Shown here: positions 28,686 through 38,144 of the stretch, piece by piece
Layout: each line of letters opens with the position of its first letter
Position numbering within the stretch: position 1 is the stretch's first letter
Source: Candidatus Latescibacterota bacterium
Lineage (GTDB): Bacteria > Latescibacterota > UBA2968 > UBA8231
Direction: 5' to 3'
Assembly: GCA_965248265.1 (NCBI GenBank)
Contig: CBDFJF010000001.1
Span: 2,304,001 to 2,368,000 of the forward strand
DNA length: 64,000 bases
Program-made: the position numbers and the translations under genes
The notes under the pieces: model-generated
What the model saw: only the letters and a program-made list of their open reading frames with translations
What the model was told of the DNA's origin: nothing
Databases searched by the model: none

Positions 28686-29720
28686 ATGAACGAAATCGCG
28701 ACCAGAAAAGTCGGCAAATCAAATCAGTCCGTTACCGAGCTGGGTTTCGGTACAGCCCCGCTTGGAGACCTGTTCGTCCACATCCCTGAAGTGGATGCCC
28801 AGCAGATCCTGCAGGCGGCCTGGGATGGCGGCATCCGTTACTACGACACATCACCGTTCTACGGCTATGGCAAGTCCGAGCACCGGCTGGGCACCTTTCT
28901 CCGGCAACAGCCGCGGGACGAATTCGTTGTCTCAACCAAAGTCGGCCGCGTGTTCCGGGCGCCAGCAGACCCACGCCAGGTCGATCCCACCTTCTGGGCT
29001 GATCCGCTGCCGTTCGATTTCTCCTTCGACTACAGCTACGATGGCATCATGCGGTCCTTCGAGGACAGTCTGCAACGGCTCAGCCTGAACCGCGTCGACA
29101 TGTTGCTGATCCACGATCTCGATGACCTGTTCCATCTATCAGAAGAAGCCATCGCCGCCTGCCTGGCGCAGCTCTACAGCAGTGGTTGGCGCGCCCTGGA
29201 TGAGATGCGACGTGGTGGCGTCATTCAGGCCATCGGCGCCGGCATCAATCGCGCCCACATGATGCCGCGTTTTCTGGATCTCGTCGACCTCGACTTCTTC
29301 ATCGTGGCGATGCCCTATACCCTGCTCGATCAGGAGGTACTGGATGGGATTTTTCCACGCTGCCAGGAAGAGAACGTCGGCGTTGTCGTGGGTGCTCCCT
29401 TCGCCTCGGGCATCCTTGCCACAGGCCCGACTGCGGATGCGCGTTATGCCTACGAACCGGCAACCGAAGACATCCTGGAGAAAACACGCCGGATCCAGAC
29501 GCTATGCCAGCGGCACGACACACCCCTGGCTGCAGCGGCCCTGCAATTCCCACTTGCCCACCCGTTGGTCGCGGCGATCATTCCGGGCGCGCTGGAGGCC
29601 GGGCACGTAACTGCCAATGTGGACTGGGTCGACCGCGAGATCCCGAGTGCCCTGTGGTCGGAGCTGAAATCGGAGGGATTGATCCGGGAGGATGCGCCCT
29701 CGCCGAAACTGGGCGTGTGA
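28686..29720 (+). CDS. Aldo/keto reductase (D-threo-aldose dehydrogenase-like)
   Basis: GFGTAPLG, DTSPFYG, STKVGR, DYSYDG and IHD motifs. Confidence 0.9.
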   Translation: MNEIATRKVGKSNQSVTELGFGTAPLGDLFVHIPEVDAQQILQAAWDGGIRYYDTSPFYGYGKSEHRLGTFLRQQPRDEFVVSTKVGRVFRAPADPRQVDPTFWADPLPFDFSFDYSYDGIMRSFEDSLQRLSLNRVDMLLIHDLDDLFHLSEEAIAACLAQLYSSGWRALDEMRRGGVIQAIGAGINRAHMMPRFLDLVDLDFFIVAMPYTLLDQEVLDGIFPRCQEENVGVVVGAPFASGILATGPTADARYAYEPATEDILEKTRRIQTLCQRHDTPLAAAALQFPLAHPLVAAIIPGALEAGHVTANVDWVDREIPSALWSELKSEGLIREDAPSPKLGV

Positions 29721-29730
29721 GCGTGCCGCT

Positions 29731-30342
29731 TCAGCCCAAAAGCAAGAACGCGGCGAACATCGACAGCCACACCAATTCCAGAAAATGCCAGTACGTAGCG
29801 CACCCGCGCACGTCATACAGGTGCCGCGATGTCATCTGATGTTTCCAGGCCTGTACGGCTAACATGTTCAGGGGAATCAGGCCGCCAATGATGTGAGCTG
29901 CGTGGATCAGCATCAGCACCAGGGTCAGACCGTAGACGCCAATGTCATGGGTCTGCAAAGCTTCGTTGTGCTGTCCCAACAGCTGGGACATGGCCGCTGC
30001 TTGGGTGATCACGAACGCGATTGACAGACCTGAAGCTGCCAGCAATGCTCTCCGTTGGTCAATGAAACCCCACCTTCCTCGTTGCGCCGCCACTTCGATG
30101 GCAATGCCGGCGAACAACAACAGCAGAGTGGAAAACCAGGAGATCGCCGGCAAACTGGCCGCCGATTGGCCTATCGAGGGGGGTCGCGACAGACTGGTCA
30201 ACACATAGACCACCATGCTGCCGGTGAAAAACACGCCGAGAGATACCAAGAAAAGACGCAGGCCGAAACGGCGCATGGTAGTCGTCCGCGGAAGCTGTAC
30301 TGCCTCGTCCCAAGCTTCATCGTGTAGGCTTGATTTCTTCAC
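29731..30342 (-). CDS. Stand-alone cytochrome c oxidase subunit III-like membrane protein
   Basis: Five TM helices with HAAHIIGG and YWHFLELVW motifs. Confidence 0.82.
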   Translation of the reverse strand: MKKSSLHDEAWDEAVQLPRTTTMRRFGLRLFLVSLGVFFTGSMVVYVLTSLSRPPSIGQSAASLPAISWFSTLLLLFAGIAIEVAAQRGRWGFIDQRRALLAASGLSIAFVITQAAAMSQLLGQHNEALQTHDIGVYGLTLVLMLIHAAHIIGGLIPLNMLAVQAWKHQMTSRHLYDVRGCATYWHFLELVWLSMFAAFLLLG

Positions 30343-30416
30343 CTGGCCATCCCAAGTTCACAGTACGTGTCACTGAAATCTATCGGGGTGTCATGACAAT
30401 AGAGAGAGATAGAGCA

Positions 30417-30887
30417 ATGGCCATAGAAAAAGCAACCTTCGCCGCCGGGTGCTTCTGGGGTGTTGAGACCACCTTCCGGCAACTCGACGGGGTAACCGAT
30501 GCCGTCGTCGGCTATACCGGTGGCACCAGCCCGGACCCGACCTACCAGATGGTCTGCACCGGCCGCACGGGGCATGCCGAGGCAGTCCAGGTGGAGTATG
30601 ACAGCGAGCGCATCAGCTACGACCAGCTGGTCGAGGCCTTCTGGGCAGCGCATGATCCCACCACGGCCGATCGGCAGGGCCCGGACATAGGGACACAATA
30701 CCGCTCCGCCATTTTCTGTCACAGTCCCGAACAGGAAGAGGCCGCCACGGCTGCCAGAGCCAACATGGATAGCTCAGGCCGCTTCGCCCGTCCGATCGTC
30801 ACGCAGATCCTACCGGCCACACAGTTCTATCCGGCCGAAGACTACCACCAGCGCTACTTCGAGAAACGCGGAATCGTTCATCACTAG
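30417..30887 (+). CDS. msrA: Peptide methionine sulfoxide reductase A
   Basis: GCFWG, GHAEAV, QYRSAIF and AEDYHQ motifs. Confidence 0.96.
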   Translation: MAIEKATFAAGCFWGVETTFRQLDGVTDAVVGYTGGTSPDPTYQMVCTGRTGHAEAVQVEYDSERISYDQLVEAFWAAHDPTTADRQGPDIGTQYRSAIFCHSPEQEEAATAARANMDSSGRFARPIVTQILPATQFYPAEDYHQRYFEKRGIVHH

Positions 30888-30914
30888 AGGATGACGGCCT
30901 AGGGTAGGGAGGAG

Positions 30915-31082
30915 CCAGTGTCCTGTCTCAGAAATAGGTTGACGAAATTCGGCCGGCGAGGCGCGCTGCTCGCAAGGCGCCTGAACGAGTCGTACTGGCG
31001 GAGTACGGCGAGCGAAGGCAACACAGCGAGCAGGGATGGATCGGCGGAGGAATGTCGACATATTTCTGAGACAGGACACTAG
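30915..31082. mobile_element. MITE (~160 bp) with perfect terminal inverted repeats
   Basis: AGTGTCCTGTCTCAGAAATA (30917-30936) / TATTTCTGAGACAGGACACT (31061-31080); CCAG and CTAG flanks resemble a 4-bp target duplication; internal GTACT...AGTAC hairpin; no transposase. Confidence 0.85.
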
Positions 31083-31086
31083 GTCG

Positions 31087-31371
31087 ATGGGAATCTTGCA
31101 GCGTCTGTTCGGTAAGGTACCCGCGAAACCACCTGTAGTTGACGGCGACCTTCTCGACGGAATCGACGACGAAGGGCTGGGGGCAGTCGCCGTCACCGAC
31201 CTGAGCGTCAAATCCTCACCCAAGCAGGTTTGCCGCTACATCTTTCAACAAATGGTGGCCGGACGGTCCGCCGCGCAGCTTCAGACCGAGCTCCAGGAAC
31301 GCGGTTTCAAGGCCAAGGTCGCCGATACCTATATCCAGCTTATCCGTGTGACCATGTTCAAAGGTAGATGA
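31087..31371 (+). CDS. Hypothetical protein (MGILQRLFGK...)
   Basis: Typical MGxLxRLFG N-terminus; the ORF-track start at 31036 lies inside the MITE. Confidence 0.65.
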   Translation: MGILQRLFGKVPAKPPVVDGDLLDGIDDEGLGAVAVTDLSVKSSPKQVCRYIFQQMVAGRSAAQLQTELQERGFKAKVADTYIQLIRVTMFKGR

Positions 31372-31394
31372 AGGAGGAGGAGCGCTCTCCGATA

Positions 31395-32699
31395 ATGAAA
31401 GATTCGCAAGCCGCACGTCAGCAGTCGCGAGCACTCTACGAACGCGCCACACAGCGCATCCCGGGTGGCGTCAACAGTCCGGTACGTGCGTTCAAAGCGG
31501 TGGGCGGAGATCCACTGTTCATCCAGGAGGCGGAGGGCGCCTTCGTCACCGATGCCGACGGGAATCGGTTCATCGACTACGTCGGCTCCTGGGGGCCGAT
31601 GGTTCTCGGGCACCGCCCACCCGTCGTCATCGAAGCCCTGCACCAGGTGTTGAGCCGAGGAACCAGTTTCGGTGCACCGACGGATATCGAGGTCGAGCTC
31701 GCCGAACTCATCACCCAGACCGTCCCCTCGGTCGAGATGGTGAGGATGGTCAACTCCGGAACGGAAGCGGCGATGACGGCGATCCGCCTGGCTCGAGGAT
31801 TCACCAAGCGCGATCACATCATCAAGTTCAACGGTTGCTATCACGGACATTCGGACAGCTTGTTGGTGGCCGCCGGCAGTGGCGTCGCCACCTTCGGCAT
31901 CGCCGGCAGCCCCGGTATCCCAGAAAGTGTAGCCCGCCTGACGTCCAGTATCGAGTTCAATGATGTTGCTCTGTTAGAACAGACCATCGATTCGATCGGA
32001 ACGGCAGACGTGGCAGCGGTCGTGCTCGAACCCGTACCCGGTAACATGGGGCTGGTCCTGCCCGAGAGCGGATTTCTACAGGCTGTTCGCGAGCTGTGCT
32101 CGCGCCACGACATCCTGCTGGTATTCGACGAAGTCATGACCGGTTTCCGCGTGAGCCTCGGCGGCGCCCAGGAACTCTTCGGCATTACCCCAGATTTGTC
32201 GATTTTCTCCAAAGTAATCGGTGGTGGCCTCCCGGTTGGAGCGTTTGGAGGCCGCCGTGACATCATGGCCGAGCTCGCCCCCAGTGGTCCGGTCTACCAG
32301 GCCGGGACGCTGTCGGGCAACCCCCTGGCCATGACCGCCGGTCTCGCCACCCTGCAGTACCTGCGGGACGAAAACCCCTACCCGCGCCTGCAGCAGCTGG
32401 GTTCCCGCTGGGTAGAAGGCATGCGGGGAACGGCCGCGGACGCGGGCATCCCGGTTACGGTCGATCACTGTGGCTCAATGCTGGGCATGTTCTTCAGGCA
32501 GGGCCCCGTGCGCAACTACACCGAGGTGCAGGAATCGAATGTGGAGATGTTCCAGCAGTACTTCGCCGGCATGCTCGAGGCTGGTATCTATCTGGCCCCA
32601 TCCGCTTTCGAGGCCGGATTCATTTCCGAGACACACACGGAAGAGTTGATCGACGACACCATCGCCGCCGCCGCCACCGTTTTGGCGCGGATTGTGTGA
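31395..32699 (+). CDS. hemL: Glutamate-1-semialdehyde 2,1-aminomutase
   Basis: PGGVNSPVRAF, NSGTEA, FDEVMTGFR and YQAGTLSGNP motifs. Confidence 0.97.
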   Translation: MKDSQAARQQSRALYERATQRIPGGVNSPVRAFKAVGGDPLFIQEAEGAFVTDADGNRFIDYVGSWGPMVLGHRPPVVIEALHQVLSRGTSFGAPTDIEVELAELITQTVPSVEMVRMVNSGTEAAMTAIRLARGFTKRDHIIKFNGCYHGHSDSLLVAAGSGVATFGIAGSPGIPESVARLTSSIEFNDVALLEQTIDSIGTADVAAVVLEPVPGNMGLVLPESGFLQAVRELCSRHDILLVFDEVMTGFRVSLGGAQELFGITPDLSIFSKVIGGGLPVGAFGGRRDIMAELAPSGPVYQAGTLSGNPLAMTAGLATLQYLRDENPYPRLQQLGSRWVEGMRGTAADAGIPVTVDHCGSMLGMFFRQGPVRNYTEVQESNVEMFQQYFAGMLEAGIYLAPSAFEAGFISETHTEELIDDTIAAAATVLARIV

Positions 32700-32800
32700 A
32701 ACGCGGATCAGCCCTAGACGCGGATCGCGGAGGACGAGTATTACCTGAGACGAGAATCGCGCAAAGCGCGATTCTCGAAGAGACCGCCTTCGGCGGTCTC
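32685..32800. repeat. Degenerate ~16-bp tandem repeat from the hemL 3' end, followed by two GC hairpins (possible terminator)
   Basis: GCGCGGATT (32685), ACGCGGATC (32701, 32718), ACGAGTATT (32734), ACGAGAATC (32750); hairpins at 32751-32777 and 32780-32800. Confidence 0.7.
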
Positions 32801-32806
32801 CCTCCA

Positions 32807-32821
32807 TTTACAAAACTTTAC
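32807..32821. promoter_or_regulatory. CpxR-type direct-repeat box
   Basis: TTTAC-N5-TTTAC (reverse of GTAAA-N5-GTAAA), about 90 bp upstream of a Spy/CpxP-like gene and an OmpR-family regulator. Confidence 0.7.
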
Positions 32822-32909
32822 ATTCGCGCAAAACAACTGCAATAGCGGACTCCTACGGTTTCTTGCGGGAAGGGCAATACGGCCGCTCCCGAAAGCCAAG
32901 GAGTTCACC

Positions 32910-33449
32910 ATGTCACGCATCGATGAAGCTGGAACCACCACCTCGAAACGCCGCCGCCCGGCCAAGCTGTGGATAGGGCTCGCGCTGGTGGGCATGGCCT
33001 CCACCGCCATGGCCGTCGTCGGCACCCGTCATGGCGAGCGCTGCCATGGCGGACATTGGGGCCATCATTGGGGTAGTCACGGGGGTGCTCACAGCATGGA
33101 GAGCCTGGAGGACGCCAGAGAGCATGGTGCCAGAGCTGCTCAGCGACTGCTCGACGAGGTAGACGCCGACGACGAGCAACGCCGCAAGGTGATCGACATC
33201 GTAGAGGCCACCGTGGAGGAAGTGCACGGTCTTGCCGGTGACCACCATGCTCACAGGGAGGCTTTCCTCAAGGCCCTCGAGGGCGAACACGTCGACCGGG
33301 CGGAGATCGAGCGTATTCGCGGTGCCGAGATCGAGTTGGCTGACGCGGCATCGCGACAACTGACCAATGCGATCGCCGACATCAGCGAGGTGTTGTCGCC
33401 GGCGCAGCGAGAGACGTTGCTCGAGTGGATAGCTGAGCACCATCGCTGA
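32910..33449 (+). CDS. Spy/CpxP-family periplasmic protein with His/Gly-rich N-terminus
   Basis: Signal peptide, helical repeats, C-terminal VLSPAQR (LTxxQ-like); HGGHWGHHWGSHGGAH segment. Confidence 0.82.
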   Translation: MSRIDEAGTTTSKRRRPAKLWIGLALVGMASTAMAVVGTRHGERCHGGHWGHHWGSHGGAHSMESLEDAREHGARAAQRLLDEVDADDEQRRKVIDIVEATVEEVHGLAGDHHAHREAFLKALEGEHVDRAEIERIRGAEIELADAASRQLTNAIADISEVLSPAQRETLLEWIAEHHR

Positions 33450-33481
33450 GATCGAAGGCTTCATGCCGCAGGAGCGCATCG

Positions 33482-34177
33482 ATGGCTGAACGATTGCTGA
33501 TGATCGAGGACGACCAGTCGCTTGCCGAGATGGTGGCCGAGTACCTCAGTACGGCCAACATGGAGGTCCAGATCCAGGCTGACGGCAACGCCGGGTTGGA
33601 GCTGCTGCGGCGGGAGGCATTCGATGCCATCGTCCTCGACATCATGCTCCCAGACATGGACGGCTTTGAGGTATGTCGTCGCATCAGGGCGGATTCGGAC
33701 GTTCCCATCCTGATGCTGACAGCCCGCGGCGATGAGACCGACCGCATCGTGGGGCTGGAGCTGGGCGCCGATGATTATCTGCCTAAACCGTTCAACCCGC
33801 GTGAGCTGCTGGCTCGGCTGCGGGCCATCCTCAGGCGCAGGGGGGGCGACCATCAGCGTCCCCCCGTACTGCGCTTCGGCCGGTTGGAAATCGATCGCTC
33901 AGCCCGAGTCGTCCGCCTCGCTGGGGAGGAACGTGATCTCACCGGACACCAGTTCGACCTGCTGGTGGCTCTGGCCGAGAACGCCGGACGTGTGCTTTCA
34001 CGAGAGTACCTGATGAACCGCCTCAAGGACGAGCCGCTGCAGGCCTTCGACCGCAGCATCGACGTGCATGTCTCTCGTATTCGCACGGCGATCGAAGACA
34101 ACCCCAAGAAGGCCAGACGGATCATTACGGTACGCGGCGCCGGCTACGTTTTTGCCCGCGACCAGGACGACGATTGA
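33482..34177 (+). CDS. OmpR/CpxR-family response regulator
   Basis: Receiver domain (DIMLP, GADDYLPKPF) and winged helix (RSIDVHVSRIR, TVRGAGY). Confidence 0.95.
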   Translation: MAERLLMIEDDQSLAEMVAEYLSTANMEVQIQADGNAGLELLRREAFDAIVLDIMLPDMDGFEVCRRIRADSDVPILMLTARGDETDRIVGLELGADDYLPKPFNPRELLARLRAILRRRGGDHQRPPVLRFGRLEIDRSARVVRLAGEERDLTGHQFDLLVALAENAGRVLSREYLMNRLKDEPLQAFDRSIDVHVSRIRTAIEDNPKKARRIITVRGAGYVFARDQDDD

Positions 34178-35493
34178 TGCGACGCCTGTACCTGCAATTC
34201 TATCTGACGGCGCTCGGCATCATCGTCCTCTTCGCGCTGCTCAGCGGCGCGGCCTGGTTTCTGCACGCTCCCGAAACGGAGGGCGACGTCAAGCTGACGG
34301 AAGGGGTTGGAATCGTCCTCGGCGACCTGCTGCCGTCGCCGGATCAGTCCTTGACCCGGTTGCAGACAGCAGTCGAGCGCTACGGCAGTCTGTTCCCGGT
34401 CGAAGTCGCCGTCTACGACGCTGGCCGCACACTCCTGGCCTCCCATGGCCACGCGCCAGATGGCCGTGGGCCACCCGAATGTCCCGTCACGGGGTTGAAG
34501 GGAGGCATCGTGCATGCGAGAGGATCCGGGTTCACGGTCGCCATCCCCCTTCCGGATCGTCGCTGGGTCGTCGCCCGTCGCGCTCCCTCCTCCCTGCATA
34601 GAGCCCTGGGAGGCCTGCTGACCCTGGGCTTGCTGGCCTTGGCCATCGGTGTGGGTGCCCTGCCTGTGGCGCGCCGCCTGACCCGCCGGCTCGAACGGCT
34701 GCAGTCCCGTGTCGAGGCGCTGGGCGCCGGCGAGTTGAGCTCCAGAGTAGACGTGGAGGGGCAGGACGAGGTCGCCCAGCTCGCCCGCAGCTTCAATCGT
34801 ACCGCCGACCGCATCGAACATCTGGTGAATGCCCAGCGTACCATGCTTGCCGGGGCTTCTCACGAACTGCGCTCACCGCTGGCCCGTATTCGCGTCGCGC
34901 TGGAGCTGCTCCACGACGGCGAAGCCCGACCGGAACTGCACTCGCAGGTGTCGGCCGATATCGCCGAGCTGGACCAGTTGATCGGTGAGATCTTATTGGC
35001 GAGCCGCCTGGAGGCCCTCGATGAGATGACAGCAGGTGGGGTTGGCGGAGAGTCCCTTATTGAAGAAGTCGACTTGCTGGCGCTGATGGCACAGGAGAGT
35101 GCCCGCGTCGACGCCCGGATTAGCGGCGACGACGCGGTGCTGTTGCGGGGCGACCGTCGTTTGCTCACGCGATTGGGGCGGAACCTGCTGGAGAACGCTC
35201 GCCGTTACGGAGGTGACTCTGCAATCGATGTTACCGTGCAGGTCGAGGAAGGGACGGCGATTTGCCGCATCCGCGTGGAGGACCGGGGGCCTGGCGTGCC
35301 AGAGGAGGACCGCGAAAAGATATTCCTGCCATTCTATCGACGCCCCGGAACAAGGGAGGAAGGGGATGGGGTGGGTCTGGGTCTGTTTCTGGTCAGCCGC
35401 ATAGCTCAACATCATGGGGGCGATGTGCGCTGCTCTCCCCGCGACGGCGGCGGTACCCGTTTCGAGGTATTCCTGCCCATGCATCGGGAGTAA
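34174..35493 (+). CDS. Membrane sensor histidine kinase (HAMP)
   Basis: Two TM helices, HAMP, SHELRSPL, NLLENA, DRGPG and GLGL motifs. Confidence 0.95.
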   Translation: MMRRLYLQFYLTALGIIVLFALLSGAAWFLHAPETEGDVKLTEGVGIVLGDLLPSPDQSLTRLQTAVERYGSLFPVEVAVYDAGRTLLASHGHAPDGRGPPECPVTGLKGGIVHARGSGFTVAIPLPDRRWVVARRAPSSLHRALGGLLTLGLLALAIGVGALPVARRLTRRLERLQSRVEALGAGELSSRVDVEGQDEVAQLARSFNRTADRIEHLVNAQRTMLAGASHELRSPLARIRVALELLHDGEARPELHSQVSADIAELDQLIGEILLASRLEALDEMTAGGVGGESLIEEVDLLALMAQESARVDARISGDDAVLLRGDRRLLTRLGRNLLENARRYGGDSAIDVTVQVEEGTAICRIRVEDRGPGVPEEDREKIFLPFYRRPGTREEGDGVGLGLFLVSRIAQHHGGDVRCSPRDGGGTRFEVFLPMHRE

Positions 35494-35592
35494 CACACGC
35501 GCAGCGGCAGCTTGATTGTGGCCGACTTCGTCTCTAACCTTCGCCGCGAATGCTCAGCCCTGACCTCCGCCAACTGCAAACCCAACGCTGCC

Positions 35593-37038
35593 ATGTCCGA
35601 TGATCGTCCCAACATCCTCCTCGTGCTCACGGACCAGCAGCGCGGAGACTGCATCGGCCTCGACCCGCATGCGCCCACGGTTCTGCAGACACCCAACTGC
35701 GATGCCCTGGCCCGCCGGGGCACCCACTTTCATCACGGGTATGCCGAGTGCCCGAGCTGCATCCCCGCCCGTCGCACCATCTTCTCCGGGATGGCGCCGG
35801 CTGCCAACGGCTGTGTCGGTTTCCGTAATGGGATCGAATGGAATCCACAGAATACCCTGGCCGGAGAGCTGGGGCAGGCCGGTTACCAGACGGAGATGGT
35901 CGGCAAGCTGCACCTCTACCCGCGCCTGAAGCGCTATGGCTTTGACCACATGCAACAAGCCGACGCGACCCGGGGAGAGCCGAATGAATACACCGACTGG
36001 CTGGTGAAGCAACACGGCCATACAGCCGTCCATCCGGGCATGGCTCACGGGGTTTCCTCCAACGGCTGGATCGGACGCCCGCACCATCTGCCCGAAGAGC
36101 AGATGCATTCGTTCTGGGTCGTCGACCGGGCCATGGAATTTTTGCGCAAGCGCGATCCGAGCGCCCCGTATTTTCTCAATATCTCGTTCATCGACCCGCA
36201 CCCACCGCTGACACCGCCGGCCTTCTATTACAACCGCTACATAAGCAGGGATCTGCCGCAACCCGTCGTCGGCGACTGGGCCACGGGCTTCGACGGCCCC
36301 GAGCGCGGTTTCGATCGCAACGCGTCGCACCTCTGCCTGCCCGAACAGGACATGCAGTGCGCCCGCGCCGCTTACTATGGCATGGTCAACTTCATCGATG
36401 ACCAGATTGGCCGGCTGCTACAATTCGCCGACATGTCGAACACCTTCATCCTGTTCGCCTCCGATCACGGCGAGATGCTCGGCGACCATCATCTGTTCCG
36501 CAAGACCTTCCCATATGAAGCCTCGGCCCGCGTGCCGTTCTTCGCCTGTGCGCCGGCGCGGTGGTCCTTGCCTTCGGAAATCACATCGGCATCCCCTGTC
36601 GGCTTGCAGGACATCATGCCGACCCTCCTCGACGCGGCCGGCGCCCGAATCCCGGACACCTGTACGGGCAAGAGCCTGCTGCCGGTCATACGCGGAGAAA
36701 CCGGTGCCGTCCGCGACATCCTGCACGGCGAGCACGATGGCTGCTACGATTATGACGATGGCAACCACTTCTTGACCGACGGTCACGAGAAATACGTCTG
36801 GTGCACCCAGACCGGCCAGGAGCAACTGTTCGACCTGGATACGGACCCGAACGAGTGCTGCGACCTTGCTCATTCTGCAACCGCATCCAACCGCGTGACC
36901 GCCTGGCGCGATCGTCTGATAGAGTTGCTGCGCAATCGGCCAGAAGGGTTCACCGACGGTGAGCGCCTGATCGTCGGGCGTCCACACGAGCCGGTGCTGC
37001 CCGGATATGATCCCAACACAGCATACCCATTCCTGTAG
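35593..37038 (+). CDS. Formylglycine-dependent sulfatase
   Basis: CIPAR (CxPxR), GKLH, PHPP and SDHGEMLGDH motifs. Confidence 0.93.
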   Translation: MSDDRPNILLVLTDQQRGDCIGLDPHAPTVLQTPNCDALARRGTHFHHGYAECPSCIPARRTIFSGMAPAANGCVGFRNGIEWNPQNTLAGELGQAGYQTEMVGKLHLYPRLKRYGFDHMQQADATRGEPNEYTDWLVKQHGHTAVHPGMAHGVSSNGWIGRPHHLPEEQMHSFWVVDRAMEFLRKRDPSAPYFLNISFIDPHPPLTPPAFYYNRYISRDLPQPVVGDWATGFDGPERGFDRNASHLCLPEQDMQCARAAYYGMVNFIDDQIGRLLQFADMSNTFILFASDHGEMLGDHHLFRKTFPYEASARVPFFACAPARWSLPSEITSASPVGLQDIMPTLLDAAGARIPDTCTGKSLLPVIRGETGAVRDILHGEHDGCYDYDDGNHFLTDGHEKYVWCTQTGQEQLFDLDTDPNECCDLAHSATASNRVTAWRDRLIELLRNRPEGFTDGERLIVGRPHEPVLPGYDPNTAYPFL

Positions 37039-37052
37039 GTGGACACGCACAA

Positions 37053-37943
37053 ATGAGTTTTCAATTCGAACAAGTAGCCGGGCCGTTTTCGTTCACTGAA
37101 GGCCCTGCATGGGATGGCATCGGGGGGCTCCTGCACTCGGACATCCCCAACAGCCGCATCATGCGCTTCGACGTGACGACCGGAGCGTGCGAGGAGTTTC
37201 GCCACGGCACCAACGAGTCCAACGGCCTGATGTTCGACCGGGACGGTCGGCTGTATGGTTGTGAAGGCGGCCCCGACGGCAGGCGCATCGTGCGCTACGA
37301 AGCGGATGGTTCCACGACCTGCATCGCCGACCGCTTCGAGGGACAGCGGCTCAACAGCCCGAACGATCTCGCCTTCGACCACCAGGGACGCCTGTGGTTC
37401 ACGGACCCCCGGTACGGCGACATTGAGGACGACCTCGAACTCGACCATCAATCCGTCTTCCGCCTCGAGAACCAGTCCGCCACGGGCGATGACTGGACCA
37501 TCACCCGCGTGACCTTTGATACCACCAAGCCGAACGGACTGCTGATCTCACAAGACCAGCATCGCTTGTACGTGGCGCAGTCGGACCACGGCGATGGCGA
37601 GGCCCGCGAGCTGCGCGAGTACCCGATCAACAGCGACGGATCTCTCGGACCGTACAGGGTACTGCACAACTTCTATCCCCACCGGGGCATCGATGGCATG
37701 TGCCTGGATACCGATGGCGACATCATCGCCACCGCGGGATCGCTACAGAGCGGCCCCGGACCGATGATTTACGTGTTTGCTCCGAATGGCCGGGTGCTCG
37801 AGACGCATCCGGTCCCCGTCGACATGCCGACGAACTGTACCTTTGGCGACGACAATCTGCAAACGCTGTACGTCACCGCCTCAGGCTGCCTGTTCCGCGT
37901 CCGCACGGAGCGCACCGGTTACCTGATCTTCCCGTCGGCCTGA
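37053..37943 (+). CDS. SMP-30/gluconolactonase-family protein
   Basis: EGPAW, NSPND, PNG, DGM and PTNCTFG motifs. Confidence 0.92.
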   Translation: MSFQFEQVAGPFSFTEGPAWDGIGGLLHSDIPNSRIMRFDVTTGACEEFRHGTNESNGLMFDRDGRLYGCEGGPDGRRIVRYEADGSTTCIADRFEGQRLNSPNDLAFDHQGRLWFTDPRYGDIEDDLELDHQSVFRLENQSATGDDWTITRVTFDTTKPNGLLISQDQHRLYVAQSDHGDGEARELREYPINSDGSLGPYRVLHNFYPHRGIDGMCLDTDGDIIATAGSLQSGPGPMIYVFAPNGRVLETHPVPVDMPTNCTFGDDNLQTLYVTASGCLFRVRTERTGYLIFPSA

Positions 37944-37953
37944 GCCCGTCCCG

Positions 37954-38133
37954 TTGTCCTCCCTCGACCACATCCTCGACTCGGACTTTCTCGAGTACAT
38001 CGTTGCCGCCCTCTTCCTGACGGCTTGGTGGGCTATCAGCAAGACGCGCCACACTCTCCGGCGTCTCAATGGCGTGGATGACGAAGGTATCGACTCCGTT
38101 GAGCGCCCCCGCCGGCGCCTGCCCCTGTACTGA
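37954..38133 (+). CDS. Candidate 59-aa single-TM small protein (below the ORF-track cutoff)
   Basis: TTG...TGA, MSSLDHILDSDFLEYIVAALFLTAWWAISKTRHTLRRLNG...; fills the intergenic gap with host-like codons; no clear RBS. Confidence 0.5.
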   Translation: MSSLDHILDSDFLEYIVAALFLTAWWAISKTRHTLRRLNGVDDEGIDSVERPRRRLPLY

Positions 38134-38144
38134 GCGGCACTCGT

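Noticed and set aside
30417-30887. MsrA as a second selenoprotein
   Set aside because: The active site is encoded as GCFWG with a TGC codon; no in-frame UGA.
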